A stretch of 64,000 bases of DNA from a virus (Duplodnaviria; Caudoviricetes): the IMG/VR virus record IMGVR_UViG_3300042154_002208. One strand, 5' to 3'. The position numbers and the translations under genes were made by a program. The notes under the pieces are model-generated. The model was not told the DNA's origin and made no database searches. It saw only the letters and a list, made by a program, of their open reading frames with translations. Of the stretch, positions 28,021 through 38,081 are shown one piece after another. Numbering within the stretch: position 1 is the first letter of the stretch; every line of letters starts with the position of its first letter.

Positions 28021-29342
28021 ATAAACAAGACATCATTAACGGAGTAGCTGCATATTTCCAAAACAAGGCAGCAAATAAGACATGGACTGCCGGTAAGGAT
28101 TTTGTAAATTATGCTGGTCCATATTTTGACGAACATGAAATTATGGCGGCAGTTTCTACATTGTTAGATAGCTGGCTTGTAATGGGCGATCAATCAATAA
28201 AATTTGAGAAACAATTTCCTAAGCAATTTCAAAAGAACTTTGGAATACTTACTAATTCAGGATCAAGTTCTAATTTACTAATGATGTCTACGCTTACATC
28301 TAAGCGAGGATACAACTTACCTAAAGGTACAAAGGTGTTGATGCCTATTGCAGGTTTTCCTACAACATTAAATCCTACATTACAAGTAGGGTTTGAACCT
28401 GTATTTTTAGATATTGAATTGGATACACTTAATTTAGATTTAACTAGAGCGGAAGAACTAATTAAGAAACATGACATTCGAGTAATCACATTTGCTCACG
28501 TCTTGGGCAATCCTCCTAATATGCGTTGGGTAATGGAACTTGTTAATCGTTATGATTTAATTCTATTAGAAGATTGTTGTGATGCTTTGGGTTCTACATA
28601 TGGTGGACAACCACTGGGATCATATGGTGAAATGGCATCTTGCTCATTCTATCCCGCACACCATATGACAATGGGCGAAGGCGGATTTGTAGCATGTAAG
28701 TCTTATGAGACAGAAGTTATTCTTCGTTCATTTAGAGAATGGGGCCGAGGTTGTTACTGTGTAGGGCCGGAAGCTAATAAACTAAAATGTGGTTCTTGCG
28801 GCAAACGATTCCAAGAATGGATCCCTGAAATGCCAGGCGAAATTTTTGACCACAAGTATGTATATGACGAGATTGGATATAATCTTAAACCTATTGAACT
28901 ACAGGGTGCGATGGGGTTAGTACAACTAGATAAATTGGAGACTATTCATGCCCTACGTCGTCGTAATTATAGTTTGCTTTTTGATATCTACAGCAAGTAC
29001 GAAGAGTATTTCCATCTACCAAGAGCACAAGAATACTCCGACCCAAGTTGGTTCGCATTCCCATTAACAATTCGTGCAGGATCTCCTTTCAAACGTAGCG
29101 ACATTGTAGACTATTTGGAAGAGAATTTAATTCAGACGCGACCATATTTTGCTGGTAATATTATGTTACAGCCCGCATATTCACATTTAATGAATCCTGC
29201 AGATGCAAGAGATAATTTTCCAATTGCTACAATGACAATGACTAATACTTATTTCCATGGTACTAGTCCCGTCATTACTCCTGAGCAAATTAAATATATC
29301 GGTGAAGTAGTAGATAGTTTTATGAGTTTATTTGGAGGTTAA
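28017..29342 (+). CDS. rfbH: RfbH/DdhC (E1)-like NDP-4-keto-6-deoxyglucose 3-dehydratase
   Basis: NSGSSSNL, EDCCDALG, SFYPAHHMTMGEGG, GRGCYC, YDHKY-type GYNLK, PSWFAFP. Confidence 0.88.
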   Translation: MNKQDIINGVAAYFQNKAANKTWTAGKDFVNYAGPYFDEHEIMAAVSTLLDSWLVMGDQSIKFEKQFPKQFQKNFGILTNSGSSSNLLMMSTLTSKRGYNLPKGTKVLMPIAGFPTTLNPTLQVGFEPVFLDIELDTLNLDLTRAEELIKKHDIRVITFAHVLGNPPNMRWVMELVNRYDLILLEDCCDALGSTYGGQPLGSYGEMASCSFYPAHHMTMGEGGFVACKSYETEVILRSFREWGRGCYCVGPEANKLKCGSCGKRFQEWIPEMPGEIFDHKYVYDEIGYNLKPIELQGAMGLVQLDKLETIHALRRRNYSLLFDIYSKYEEYFHLPRAQEYSDPSWFAFPLTIRAGSPFKRSDIVDYLEENLIQTRPYFAGNIMLQPAYSHLMNPADARDNFPIATMTMTNTYFHGTSPVITPEQIKYIGEVVDSFMSLFGG

Positions 29343-29343
29343 T

Positions 29344-30357
29344 ATGCGTGTATGCGATTGGATAGCAGATTATCTTTATAATTTAGGAATTGAAAATGTC
29401 CATGGGCTCATGGGCGGAGGCGCTAGCGGATTAAATGATGGGTTTATTAAGAATGGAAAAATAAATTATATCTGTTATCATAACGAACAAGGTGCAGGCC
29501 ATTCTGCAATGGGTGAAGCAATTTATACTGGTAAAGTATCAGTTGTTAATCCTACTACCGGGTGTGCAGGAACAAATTGTGCCACATCTGTATTAGATGC
29601 ATGGCAAGATGGAGTACCTGTATTATTCATATCTGGCAATGTTAGAATGAATACTTGTTCTAGTTGGATTAATACTACAAAGAATATTAACTTGCGTAAG
29701 TATGGTATTCAGGAACACAATGTTGTTTCTATGTATAAGAACATGACTAAGTATGCTCATTTTATAACAAGCGTAGATGAAGTTGCATATGTAATTACAA
29801 AGGCGTTATATATGGCAAAAGAAGGAAGACCTGGGCCGTGCTGGGTTGATATTCCCGGGGATATACAAACTGCAGAAATGCCAGAAACATATAAATTGTT
29901 TATTGCAGATGATCCTATTAATCGTATTCATACAAATCTTGACGAATTAAAGAATCAATTAGAACAATCAGAAAGACCAGTTGTGTTAGTTGGTCAGGGC
30001 ATTAGACAAACAAATACAGTAGATTCCTTTATTAAATTTATAGAAAAATATAAACTACCATTTGTAACAACATACGGCGCAACCGATTATGCAAGTAACG
30101 ATCATGAATTAAATATGGGAGCAATTGGTATCAAGGGTTGCCGATATGGAAATTTTGTAGTACAAAATGCAAGTCTATTATTAGTTCTTGGTAGTAGTTT
30201 AAATAGTAGTGTGATAGGTTATGACCCTAAACAGTTTAGTATTGGTAGCAAAAAGATCGTTGTTGATATTGATTCTGCCGAACTAAATAAAGATATATTA
30301 GACATAAGTGAAAAATACAATATGGATCTTTCCGATTTCTTTGAGGTTATGGTATGA
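29344..30357 (+). CDS. ThDP-dependent enzyme (ALS/YerE-like), N-terminal PYR and middle domains
   Basis: HNEQGAG catalytic Glu, TTGCAGTN, GRPGPCWVDIPGDIQ. Confidence 0.85.
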   Translation: MRVCDWIADYLYNLGIENVHGLMGGGASGLNDGFIKNGKINYICYHNEQGAGHSAMGEAIYTGKVSVVNPTTGCAGTNCATSVLDAWQDGVPVLFISGNVRMNTCSSWINTTKNINLRKYGIQEHNVVSMYKNMTKYAHFITSVDEVAYVITKALYMAKEGRPGPCWVDIPGDIQTAEMPETYKLFIADDPINRIHTNLDELKNQLEQSERPVVLVGQGIRQTNTVDSFIKFIEKYKLPFVTTYGATDYASNDHELNMGAIGIKGCRYGNFVVQNASLLLVLGSSLNSSVIGYDPKQFSIGSKKIVVDIDSAELNKDILDISEKYNMDLSDFFEVMV

Positions 30358-31094
30358 ATAGAACTGAATGGATAGACAAATGTAATCATTGGAAAAATAA
30401 ATGGCCTGTAATACAACAGGAATATTTACAAGCCGGTGACGAAATTAATATGTACGCAGTGATAGATGCTATAAACAAATATAGTAAACCAACTGCTACA
30501 GTAATGGCAGACGCGGGTAGTGGTTATTATATCGGAAGCACTGCATTTAAACCCAAACAAGGACAACGATTTGTTTGTAGCGTATCCCAAGCAGATATGG
30601 GCTGGGCAGTTCCTGCGGCAGTGGGCGTAGCATTAGCAAGTAAACAACAAGCTATAACATTCTTAGGCGATGGCAGTTTTATGTCAAACATACAAGAACT
30701 TGCCGTTGCTAAACAACACAATCTAGATATTAAATTTGTCATTCTCAATAACAACGGATATTCTTGTATTCGGAATACGCAAACAAAATACTATCAAGGT
30801 AGAGTATATGGTACAAGTAATACTACAGGTATTTGGTTTCCATCGTTTGAGAATGTATCAACTACATTTGGTTTAGGTTATAAAGAAATAAATGATGTAG
30901 ATCAGTTAAAAGAATTTGAACATATATTAAACACTCCTGGCCCTATGCTTGTAGTTTGTAAATGTAATACAGACCAAGAAATTGCTCCAGCACAAGGGCT
31001 AAAGAATGGTAAACAAGCAGGCCTGCATGATTTATTCCCATTTTTAAGTGACGAAGAATTAAACCGAGAGATGATTGTAAAATATAATGTATAA
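30354..31094 (+). CDS. ThDP-dependent enzyme (ALS/YerE-like), C-terminal ThDP-binding domain
   Basis: MGWAVPAAVG, GDGSFM..NN ThDP motif; ATGA overlap with the preceding ORF. Confidence 0.85.
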   Translation: MNRTEWIDKCNHWKNKWPVIQQEYLQAGDEINMYAVIDAINKYSKPTATVMADAGSGYYIGSTAFKPKQGQRFVCSVSQADMGWAVPAAVGVALASKQQAITFLGDGSFMSNIQELAVAKQHNLDIKFVILNNNGYSCIRNTQTKYYQGRVYGTSNTTGIWFPSFENVSTTFGLGYKEINDVDQLKEFEHILNTPGPMLVVCKCNTDQEIAPAQGLKNGKQAGLHDLFPFLSDEELNREMIVKYNV

Positions 31095-31869
31095 AGTTTT
31101 TAAGTGTGTATCATGTGATTCTAATAATGTAGAATACAAAGAAACTGGTTTAGCTAAATTTATACAATTTCGTATATTTGGAAATACTACAGACATGCCA
31201 ATAGTTGGTATGAAATGTTTAGATTGTTCTTTTGTTGGATCTGCGGATAGATTCACAGATGATGAAACTAAAATATATTATAACGGATATAGAGACAACG
31301 AATATACGCGTACTCGAATTATGTTTGAGCCGGGATATACTGATATAAAAAAGTTTAATAGTATTGCCTATAAAACACATAGACAAGAAGGTATACAAAA
31401 ATTAATTAAACAACATATTGATGCCGACCAAATACATACAGTATTAGATTACGGAGGAGACGATGGATCTTTTATTCCTGATTGTTTTGATAAATCTAAA
31501 AAATATGTTTTTGATATTAGTAACGTTCCATTGACATCTAAGGTTGAATCAATATCTCTCAATGAAAACAAAATTTTTGATTTTATATTATGCACGCATC
31601 TATTAGAACACGTATCTGATCCCAGTGATATATTGGGTAAAATAAAAGAACATGCGAATGATAATACCTGGATTTATTTTGAAATACCAAACAACCCTGC
31701 ACCGTACATTGGTAATATCCACGAACATATTAATTTCTTTAATATTAAATCGGCCACGGCATTGTTAAATCGTAATGGGTTTAAGGTCATAGATGTTTGT
31801 GAGTATGGGTTTGATTCATTTGCTGTTTCCCATAAAAATAATCTATGTATACTGACTAAGCTTTATTGA
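31087..31869 (+). CDS. Class I SAM-dependent methyltransferase with N-terminal Cys pairs
   Basis: CVSC..CLDC, VLDYGGDDG, HLLEHV, HEHINFF. Confidence 0.8.
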   Translation: MYKVFKCVSCDSNNVEYKETGLAKFIQFRIFGNTTDMPIVGMKCLDCSFVGSADRFTDDETKIYYNGYRDNEYTRTRIMFEPGYTDIKKFNSIAYKTHRQEGIQKLIKQHIDADQIHTVLDYGGDDGSFIPDCFDKSKKYVFDISNVPLTSKVESISLNENKIFDFILCTHLLEHVSDPSDILGKIKEHANDNTWIYFEIPNNPAPYIGNIHEHINFFNIKSATALLNRNGFKVIDVCEYGFDSFAVSHKNNLCILTKLY

Positions 31870-31881
31870 ATTGAGTATTTT

Positions 31882-32664
31882 ATGAAAATATTAGTTATAG
31901 GTGCAGGTGGATTTGTTGGTTCATATATTGTTCCTCTATTATCTAAAAATCATGAAGTTATTCCTGTTTATAAAAATGAGATTGATCTTTTAGATAATCA
32001 AACAGTTACAAAAATATTAGACGTTCTTCGTGCCGATGTTGTTATTAATTGTTTAACCTTTGGTGGCAAAACAGAACTACACGAGAACAATGCTTGGAAT
32101 GTTGGCAAGAACATGGCAGTGTTCTATAACTTCTATACCAATGAGGATAAATTTAAATTTTATATTAATTTGGGTTCTGGCATTGAAAAAACCAATGCAA
32201 GAAATGCGTATGTATTTTCCAAAAGATTAATTAAGAATTTGTGTTTTGGTCCTAAGTATCTGACACTACGAATATATGGATGTTTTGGTGCAGGAGAACC
32301 CTCACATAGATTGTTAAAGCAATACAATGCAACCGAAGGTGAATTTAAAATAAAGAATGATCGCGAATTCGACTATTTTTCAGTACAAGATTTATATAAT
32401 GTTATTGATTATTCATTGAATAATTATGGCACTAGCGATTGGTTAGTAGGTAATGATATAGATTGCGTATATCGGAACAAAATTACCCTAAGTGAATTTT
32501 TGGGGATGTACTGCGATATAAATAATATAGAGAAAAGATTTGTAGTTGAATCTACAAGTGATGAAAAATATATAGGCCATCCAGTTGATATCAGTACTCT
32601 AGAAGAGTTCGGAGGATTGAAGTTGTATGGCATTGGACATGGATTGAAAGTTTATAATGACTAA
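31882..32664 (+). CDS. NAD-dependent epimerase/reductase (SDR)
   Basis: GAGGFVG, YVFSK (YxxxK), RDFDY-type motif. Confidence 0.8.
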   Translation: MKILVIGAGGFVGSYIVPLLSKNHEVIPVYKNEIDLLDNQTVTKILDVLRADVVINCLTFGGKTELHENNAWNVGKNMAVFYNFYTNEDKFKFYINLGSGIEKTNARNAYVFSKRLIKNLCFGPKYLTLRIYGCFGAGEPSHRLLKQYNATEGEFKIKNDREFDYFSVQDLYNVIDYSLNNYGTSDWLVGNDIDCVYRNKITLSEFLGMYCDINNIEKRFVVESTSDEKYIGHPVDISTLEEFGGLKLYGIGHGLKVYND

Positions 32665-33607
32665 AGTTGTTTATGTTACAGGGTGCATTGGATTTATAGG
32701 TTACCATGTAACCAAAAAATGTTTAGATGCGGGGTATCATGTTTTAGGGATAGATAGTAAAACATATGCGAGCAATCTAAATTTACTTCCAGACTTATTA
32801 AAATATCCAAAATTCAAATTTTTAGAATTGGATATTAATGATCTAGACAGACTTCATGACTGCGATTATTTTATTAATACCGCAGCTGAAACACACGTCG
32901 ACAATAGTATTGTTAGTTCAGATGTTTTCCTTAGAAGCAACATCAACGGTGTTCATAAAATACTAGAACTAATTAAAGCTATACCAAAAGCTCGTAGACC
33001 AATATTACTACACTTCAGTACAGATGAAGTGTATGGAGATATCGTAGATGGGGTTCATACTGAAACAGATTTACTAAAACCAAGCAATCCATATTCAGCA
33101 ACAAAAGCAGCAGCTGATATGTTGGTAACAGCATGGGCAAGAACATATGATGTTCCCTATGTAATTGTTAGACCAACTAATAATTACGGAATTGGTCAAT
33201 ATGTTGAGAAGTTTATTCCTAAAGCAATTAAAAATTTATCTCTAGGTAGACCTATTATTATGCATGACAACGGATCTCCTAGAAGAACTTGGTTGCACGT
33301 ATCCGATACAGCAACTGCAGTATTAAAAATTATTGAATCGGGAACAGTTAACGAAACCTACAATATATCAGGCAATTATGAGGAACAAAATATTATTGTT
33401 GCTAAACATTTAGTTGATTTATTCTTTAATTGGAATGTTATCCATTATACAGAATTTATGGATTTTTCTGAAAAGCGTGTTGGTCAAGATGTTAGATATG
33501 CTATAGATGATTCTAAATTAAAAGCATTAGGTTGGAAACCAGAAGCAGAGTTTAAAGATTCATTAGTTGAGATTGTGGAATACTATAAAGAAAATTTTAT
33601 ATGGTAA
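32657..33607 (+). CDS. rmlB: dTDP-glucose 4,6-dehydratase-like
   Basis: TGCIGFIG, AAETHVDNSI, FSTDEVYG, PYSATKA, NNYG. Confidence 0.88.
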   Translation: MTKVVYVTGCIGFIGYHVTKKCLDAGYHVLGIDSKTYASNLNLLPDLLKYPKFKFLELDINDLDRLHDCDYFINTAAETHVDNSIVSSDVFLRSNINGVHKILELIKAIPKARRPILLHFSTDEVYGDIVDGVHTETDLLKPSNPYSATKAAADMLVTAWARTYDVPYVIVRPTNNYGIGQYVEKFIPKAIKNLSLGRPIIMHDNGSPRRTWLHVSDTATAVLKIIESGTVNETYNISGNYEEQNIIVAKHLVDLFFNWNVIHYTEFMDFSEKRVGQDVRYAIDDSKLKALGWKPEAEFKDSLVEIVEYYKENFIW

Positions 33608-34299
33608 AAATTATATCATTAAGTGTTTGGGGAAATGATCCCAGATATATTGTTGGCGCAAATCGTCAGTATGAATTAGCAAAGAAATATTATCCTGATT
33701 GGGAATTTAGAATTTATACTGATGATAAAAATAAATTCTCTAATCTAACAAATGCCAACATTATAGAAGTAACTGATGGAACATATGGTATGTTCTGGAG
33801 GTTCAGAGCAATGTTTGAGGATGAATCTAATATTGTAATTGTCAGAGACTCGGATAGTAGAATTACTTTCAGAGAACATCAAGCAGTCAATCAATGGTTG
33901 CAATCTAATAAAAAATTCCACACATTCCGAGATCACGAAGCACATTTTGAATTCCCTATTATCGGATGTGCATTTGGATACAAGGGTAAATTTGGAACTC
34001 CTATATTAAATTTATTAAATTCTTATACATCTCAGATGAATTATTATGTGGGCGATCAAATATTTTTAAGAGATGTAATTTGGCCATTAGTTAAAGACGA
34101 TGCAATGATTCATTGCATGAAAGATGGATGGTTCAAAGAAACAAGAACACAATTAGTTAATCCATATGATTTTTGTGGCAACGGATATGACGAAAATGAT
34201 ATGCCGTTGTATCCGCCAACTTTAGCGGAATGCGCAGGATTTGACCCTAAAAATACCTCTAAAGAATTTAAATTTAACAAAGGCATTTTAACAAAATGA
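33601..34299 (+). CDS. Conserved GT-like hypothetical protein
   Basis: SLSVWG..RYIVGA, MFWRF, RDSDSR pattern. Confidence 0.55.
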   Translation: MVKIISLSVWGNDPRYIVGANRQYELAKKYYPDWEFRIYTDDKNKFSNLTNANIIEVTDGTYGMFWRFRAMFEDESNIVIVRDSDSRITFREHQAVNQWLQSNKKFHTFRDHEAHFEFPIIGCAFGYKGKFGTPILNLLNSYTSQMNYYVGDQIFLRDVIWPLVKDDAMIHCMKDGWFKETRTQLVNPYDFCGNGYDENDMPLYPPTLAECAGFDPKNTSKEFKFNKGILTK

Positions 34300-35090
34300 A
34301 AAGCTATTTTATTACTCCCGTATTCAATAAAGAGAATATGATTGGGAAAGTACTTGAAGGAATTGCGCAATCTGTTGCAGGTAAATATACTGCAATTTTT
34401 ATTATTGATGGATGCACTGATAAAAGCGAAGAAGTTATTAAAAGCTACAACAATCCAAATATTGTTTTATTGCATGCTCCGAATATTCATGAGATTAAAA
34501 GTCTAAATATTGGTCTATCATATATTAGAGATAATTGCAATCCCGACCCAGATGATTTAGTATTCACAGTACAAGACGATGTAATTATTGAAGAAGAAAA
34601 TATTGATATACTATTTACTAATTTGTTTGAGGAATATACTGATTTAGGATACATGTCTTTTAGATTGGGTATCAGTATGCAATTAGCGGGTGATGGTATA
34701 TCTGAATATAACTTCGCGGAGTCTGAATTTGGACATTGGAAGCAATTAGGTCTAAAACATTTTCGAGAAATTAAACACGGTGATTTAGTTGAAGCTGAAG
34801 CAGTTATTAGAAGTCCTACTTGCGTTCTATGGAAGCGTTATCAGGAGGTAGGATTCTACAATGACGATCTTGCTCCTTGCGGTTACGACTGCCAAGATTT
34901 TAGTATTCGTATGAATATGAATGGATATCGCAATGGTGTATATGCTTTAAAATATAGAAGCGATGTTGATTGGGGTTCTACAAGAGAAAAGGCTGAAACA
35001 GAAGTTAATTCTAAGATGGGACAAATACAGGAACGCAATAGACAATATCTTGCAAGAACATATAGAAATTATTTTGAGGGAAAACGATGA
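34296..35090 (+). CDS. GT2 glycosyltransferase
   Basis: ITPVFN, IDGCTD, QDD, GYDCQD. Confidence 0.78.
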   Translation: MKSYFITPVFNKENMIGKVLEGIAQSVAGKYTAIFIIDGCTDKSEEVIKSYNNPNIVLLHAPNIHEIKSLNIGLSYIRDNCNPDPDDLVFTVQDDVIIEEENIDILFTNLFEEYTDLGYMSFRLGISMQLAGDGISEYNFAESEFGHWKQLGLKHFREIKHGDLVEAEAVIRSPTCVLWKRYQEVGFYNDDLAPCGYDCQDFSIRMNMNGYRNGVYALKYRSDVDWGSTREKAETEVNSKMGQIQERNRQYLARTYRNYFEGKR

Positions 35091-35812
35091 GTGAAGTGAC
35101 TATTATAACAGCAACAACTGGTTCTAATTATCTTCACGATAATATTAAATCGGTTCAATTGCAAACACATAAAGATATTCAGCATCTAATTGTTGTTGAT
35201 GGTGAGGAACATTTTGAGAAGGTTGCTGCTATATTAGCAGAACACGATTTTCCAAATATAGATATGGTTGTTTTGCCTTATGCTACAGGTAAAGAACAAT
35301 ATAATGGTCACCGAATCTATGGCGGATTTACCCACATTGCAAAAGGTGATTACATTGGTTACCTAGATGAAGATAACTGGCTAGAGCCAGAACATGTGGA
35401 AGTATTGCTTGATACTGTAAAAGATAATCAATGGGCAGCAACCTTGCGTAAGATTGTAGATAACGAAGGTAAGTTCATTTGTAATGATGATTGCGAAAGT
35501 CTGTGTAATTGGGAATCGGTTATTAAAGATTACTTTGTAGATGTTAATTGTTTCTTTTTCACCAAACCTCTTGCGCTTCAATTAAGTCCTATTTGGTATA
35601 GACGTGCAAGACATCCAGACGATCAACCTGAAGTAGATCGAGCATTGACGTACACGCTAAAAGATAATAAAATAGCATGTGAGGTGACGGGAAAGTATAC
35701 TGTAAATTACCGAGCAGGAAATAGAGCAGATTCGGTTCAAGCTAAATTTTTCCTGCAAGGTAATGAAATAATGAAACAAAAATATAATGGAGAGCTACCA
35801 TGGCGGAAATAG
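35087..35812 (+). CDS. GT2 glycosyltransferase
   Basis: VVDG, YLDEDNW, VDVNC. Confidence 0.8.
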   Translation: MSEVTIITATTGSNYLHDNIKSVQLQTHKDIQHLIVVDGEEHFEKVAAILAEHDFPNIDMVVLPYATGKEQYNGHRIYGGFTHIAKGDYIGYLDEDNWLEPEHVEVLLDTVKDNQWAATLRKIVDNEGKFICNDDCESLCNWESVIKDYFVDVNCFFFTKPLALQLSPIWYRRARHPDDQPEVDRALTYTLKDNKIACEVTGKYTVNYRAGNRADSVQAKFFLQGNEIMKQKYNGELPWRK

Positions 35813-36117
35813 ACTACAAATATAATGAGGGTGAGTTAATTAAAGAGTTTCAAGAATACATTGATGCAACATATGGACAACATTATTCAATGAATAGATT
35901 CCAGGCATCCGAGTTTATTATTGATAATGGGCATGGTGTAGGATTTACTGCAGGCAATGTAATGAAATACGTCCAAAGATATGGCAAAAAAGCTGGTCGT
36001 AACAGACAAGACTTGTTAAAGGTTTTACACTACGCATTGATGTTGTTATATGTGCATGATCTTGAAACAGGCGAAGGCAATGCTGATAATTTTGAAATAC
36101 GTAAGGTAAATAAATGA
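35800..36117 (+). CDS. DUF3310-like (putative nucleotide kinase-like) T4-superfamily protein
   Basis: ATYGQHYS, GNVMKYVQRYGKK, DLLKVLHYA. Confidence 0.65.
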   Translation: MAEIDYKYNEGELIKEFQEYIDATYGQHYSMNRFQASEFIIDNGHGVGFTAGNVMKYVQRYGKKAGRNRQDLLKVLHYALMLLYVHDLETGEGNADNFEIRKVNK

Positions 36118-36989
36118 GCACTATTCTTCTAGGTTCAAGCGGGTTTCTAGGCCCACAAATATTAGAAAAATATCCTGATATTGTTTCTGTTGGTCGCACA
36201 AAACCTGCAACAGGAGTGAAGCACGTGGATTGTCCTACATTAGAGCATCTACCCGAAGTTCTAGACAAATTAGATTTTGATAAAGTGATTATGATGATTG
36301 GTAGTTCTAATCATACAGAATTAAATTGTCAGAATATGTTAGCGATTGAAAAGAATGTAATACCGTTAAAAAAGGTATTTGCATATTTCAAGAATAGACC
36401 AATTAAAAAGCTATTAAGTTTTAGTTCTATTCTTTTATATGATCGCAGTAAAATGACTTTGCCGGTTGACGAATCGCAATCATTAAGTACTTATCAGAAT
36501 GAATACATTTTCAGTAAGTTCTTAGGCGAAGAAGTTGCAAAATTTTATTCTGATGTACCTAACATCATTGTGAGATTAACAAACATTTACGGACCAACTA
36601 CAGCATTAGATAGACCAGATTTGGTTAATCAATTAGTTGAAGGTTTGGTTATTCGTAAAAAAGCACGAGTATTAAATTTAAGACCACAGCGAGATTTTAT
36701 TTATACTGCAGATGCTTCTGACGCAATTGTAAAATTATTGGATACTGATTATACAGGTCCTGTTAATGTTGCTACAGGTCAAATGCATTCCGTAGGTGAC
36801 GTTGTTAAAATTTTAGAAAAACTTTCTGGAATTAAAATTGAAATAGGTGACGGTCCAGCAACTGGACATATGCAATTTGTTTCGGACAATACATTGATTA
36901 AGAAATTAATTGAATGGGAACCGAAATACAATTTGGAAGAAGGTCTAACAGAGACCTATAAAAAAATGATGGCTATGTATGGGAAATAG
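36114..36989 (+). CDS. NAD-dependent epimerase/dehydratase
   Basis: GSSGFLG, YIFSK, RLTNIYGP, RDFIY. Confidence 0.82.
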   Translation: MSTILLGSSGFLGPQILEKYPDIVSVGRTKPATGVKHVDCPTLEHLPEVLDKLDFDKVIMMIGSSNHTELNCQNMLAIEKNVIPLKKVFAYFKNRPIKKLLSFSSILLYDRSKMTLPVDESQSLSTYQNEYIFSKFLGEEVAKFYSDVPNIIVRLTNIYGPTTALDRPDLVNQLVEGLVIRKKARVLNLRPQRDFIYTADASDAIVKLLDTDYTGPVNVATGQMHSVGDVVKILEKLSGIKIEIGDGPATGHMQFVSDNTLIKKLIEWEPKYNLEEGLTETYKKMMAMYGK

Positions 36990-36991
36990 TA

Positions 36992-37020
36992 TAGACTTAT
37001 ACGCACATAGGTGTTATAAT
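36992..37020 (+). promoter_or_regulatory. Sigma70-type early promoter for gp45-44-62-regA
   Basis: TAGACT-17-TATAAT with GTGT immediately before the -10. Confidence 0.7.
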
Positions 37021-37059
37021 ATATTTTTATGTAAATGATATTGCAATTTAGGAGATATT

Positions 37060-37716
37060 ATGCAATTTAGTAATGAAACAATTCAGTTCTTAAAGAACTT
37101 CGCCGCAATTAATAGTAACATCTTGATCCGTAAAGGTCAGACGTTATCTACAATCAGCACAGCAAAGAATATCTTTGCCCGTGTAACAGTTACAGAAGAC
37201 TTCCCAGTAGAAGTTCCTGTATATGATTTAAATTCGTTGTTGGCATTGTTAACATTGATGGAGAATCAGCAAGTTGATTTTGGCGAAAAGTCTTTGACTA
37301 TTTCTAAAGACAATGGTAAATTTGAATACTTCTATTCTAATGCAAGCGTTATTGTAGCAGCACCTGATAAGAACATCGAGATTGATGAACACTTCAAATT
37401 CAATCTATCATCTGAAGATGTTAACATGATTATGAAGGCAGCAGCTATTACAGCAGCACCTACAATTTCTGTTATTAGTAAAAATGGACAAGTTACATTG
37501 ACCATTGGTGATAAGAAAAATGATACTGCAAACACTTATAAAAAGACAATTGGAGCATCAGATGCAACATTTGAATGTCATATGGCAGTTGAAAACTTTA
37601 AGATCATTCCTGATGCGTATGCAGTAACAGTTGCTAAAAAGAAATTGTTCCACTTTAAAAACGCCACAAAGCCTTTGGAATATTTCATCGCAATGGAACC
37701 TGATTCGGTGATCTAA
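37060..37716 (+). CDS. gp45: Sliding clamp gp45
   Basis: LKNFAAINSNI, IYDL-type YDLNSLL, YFIAME C-terminus. Confidence 0.9.
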   Translation: MQFSNETIQFLKNFAAINSNILIRKGQTLSTISTAKNIFARVTVTEDFPVEVPVYDLNSLLALLTLMENQQVDFGEKSLTISKDNGKFEYFYSNASVIVAAPDKNIEIDEHFKFNLSSEDVNMIMKAAAITAAPTISVISKNGQVTLTIGDKKNDTANTYKKTIGASDATFECHMAVENFKIIPDAYAVTVAKKKLFHFKNATKPLEYFIAMEPDSVI

Positions 37717-38066
37717 TGAATCACTTAGGTCGTAGATCATTTGCTAAAGGCCTAGGTCTTATAGGTCTAATTGGTGTAGGCGTTGCAGGATATAAAGAAG
37801 CTAAAGAGCAACTTATGCCTGCCCCCGATGAACTAGCGTCTAAAGAGTTATCTGACAAATTAGACGAACAAGCTGTTCTTTCTTTGCAGGCAACATATGG
37901 TGAAAAGATGCCACCGCCGGATTTTACCCCATATGGACAGTTTATGGTTTCTGGCAGTGGCCCTAATTATAAACCCGGGACTGAAATACGTGTACAAGCT
38001 AAGATGCAGGTTGGACCTGATGGAAAGCTATACGTCAAAGAGAATGACATTTGGCGTAAAATTTAA
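37716..38066 (+). CDS. Hypothetical protein with twin-arginine-like N-terminal anchor
   Basis: GRRSFAKGLGLIGLIGVGVAG. Confidence 0.55.
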   Translation: MNHLGRRSFAKGLGLIGLIGVGVAGYKEAKEQLMPAPDELASKELSDKLDEQAVLSLQATYGEKMPPPDFTPYGQFMVSGSGPNYKPGTEIRVQAKMQVGPDGKLYVKENDIWRKI

Positions 38067-38081
38067 TATTATGGAGTTATT

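Noticed and set aside
29344-31094. Acetolactate synthase for branched-chain amino acids, or a frameshifted pseudogene
   Set aside because: Context is nucleotide-sugar synthesis; both halves keep their catalytic motifs and are joined by a standard ATGA overlap
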